A DNA stretch of 64,000 nucleotides from Octopus sinensis. Its lineage: Eukaryota. Positions within the stretch are counted from its first letter, which is position 1. The number at the start of each line of letters is the position of its first letter. The notes under the pieces are model-generated. The model saw only the letters and a program-made list of their open reading frames with translations, did not search any database and had not been told where the DNA came from. A program made the translations under genes and the position numbers. Location of the stretch: contig NC_043002.1 in assembly GCF_006345805.1 (NCBI RefSeq), positions 11,036,001 through 11,100,000 of the forward strand. Direction: 5' to 3'. Shown piece by piece: positions 63,214-64,000 of this stretch.

Positions 63214-63215
<2 letters not shown>
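62340..63215. mobile_element. Two opposed SINE-B pieces (62340-62570 minus; 62642-63215 plus)
   Basis: Matches to B tail and body. Confidence 0.82.
62757..63005 (+). mobile_element. Extreme 3' end of an RTE-like LINE with two C2H2-like fingers, nested in the SINE-B microsatellite
   Basis: CQACGRECNSARGHKRHAKVH and CQFCTRHCRSLAGLKSHIRSQ, stop, ~50-bp 3' UTR, (ATGT)n on both sides. Confidence 0.7.
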
Positions 63216-63249
<34 letters not shown>

Positions 63250-63449
63250 TAATAATACGGGTTCGGCAAAAGAATTGCGTTGCCGCATACCGAAGTTCAG
63301 ATATAGCAGCCAAAATCTTAGCCATTTCTTCTACTTTAAAAAGGCTCTTCCAGAGAACTCAAAATACTAGAAGTTTAAACACAGGCAGAGGGTAAAGCAA
63401 ACGAAAATCAATCGATATCTGATCAATTAATTAATTTTACCCTTTGTTA

Positions 63450-63668
63450 TCATATATATATATATATATATATATAATGCATATATATTTACATATATAC
63501 ATATATATACACATATTTCATATACACATTTATATATACATATATATATATGTATATATATATATGTGTGTGTATATATATATATATACATACATACATA
63601 CATGCATACATACATACATATATACATATATATATATACACATATTTCATATACACATTTATATATAC

Positions 63669-63700
<32 letters not shown>

Positions 63701-63810
63701 ATATATATATATATACATACATACATGCATACATACATACATACATACATACATACATGCATGCATGCATACATACATACATACATACATATATGTATAC
63801 ATATAAATAC
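63450..63810. repeat. Compound TA/CATA microsatellite with an internal tandem duplication
   Basis: ACACATATTTCATATACACATTTATATATACA occurs twice, ~130 bp apart. Confidence 0.9.
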
Positions 63811-64000
63811 CGTGTACATTTAAACGCATAAGAAGTATCCTTCATAGGATTCCTTTCACGCTAGAAGGAACAGCTAAAGTCCAAACCACTATTAGGGATA
63901 AATACACTATATTTATATGAATAATATATAGTCTATTTACTAATTTTTCTACACGCTAGGCCACAGGTAGTAAAAATTTCTAAAATCTTTATTACCCTGA

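Overview
This is AT-rich, repeat-saturated eukaryotic DNA, most likely intronic or intergenic sequence from an Octopus genome (inferred from the tRNA-derived SINE families and dense microsatellites, not from a database search). I recognise no host protein-coding gene, and most ORFs in the track are microsatellite or SINE translations. The window holds dozens of SINE copies (my labels A-E). It also has four R4/Dong-type RLE retrotransposon copies sitting in (TAA)n, plus a ~555-bp non-coding TAA-associated element. Other LINE-type material: a near-full-length CR1-clade LINE, three RTE fragments (two with multiple C2H2 fingers), three L1/Tx1-like ORF1-bearing elements without RT, and Penelope-like fragments with short hammerhead-motif elements. 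The rest is a gypsy RT relic, Tc1/mariner relics, a Helitron and four copies of a TTAGGG-related MITE with 8-bp TSDs. Best leads: (1) two diverged ORF1-only elements inserted at the same nucleotide of the SINE-B head, each carrying a 9-nt 3' UTR motif complementary to that target; (2) a Tx1-like element that shares its 3' tail with SINE-A and sits inside a SINE-A array; (3) short hammerhead-bearing elements; (4) a head-to-tail train of TAA-targeting elements. Coordinates were read by eye: TSD-defined boundaries are close, others may be off by tens of bases.
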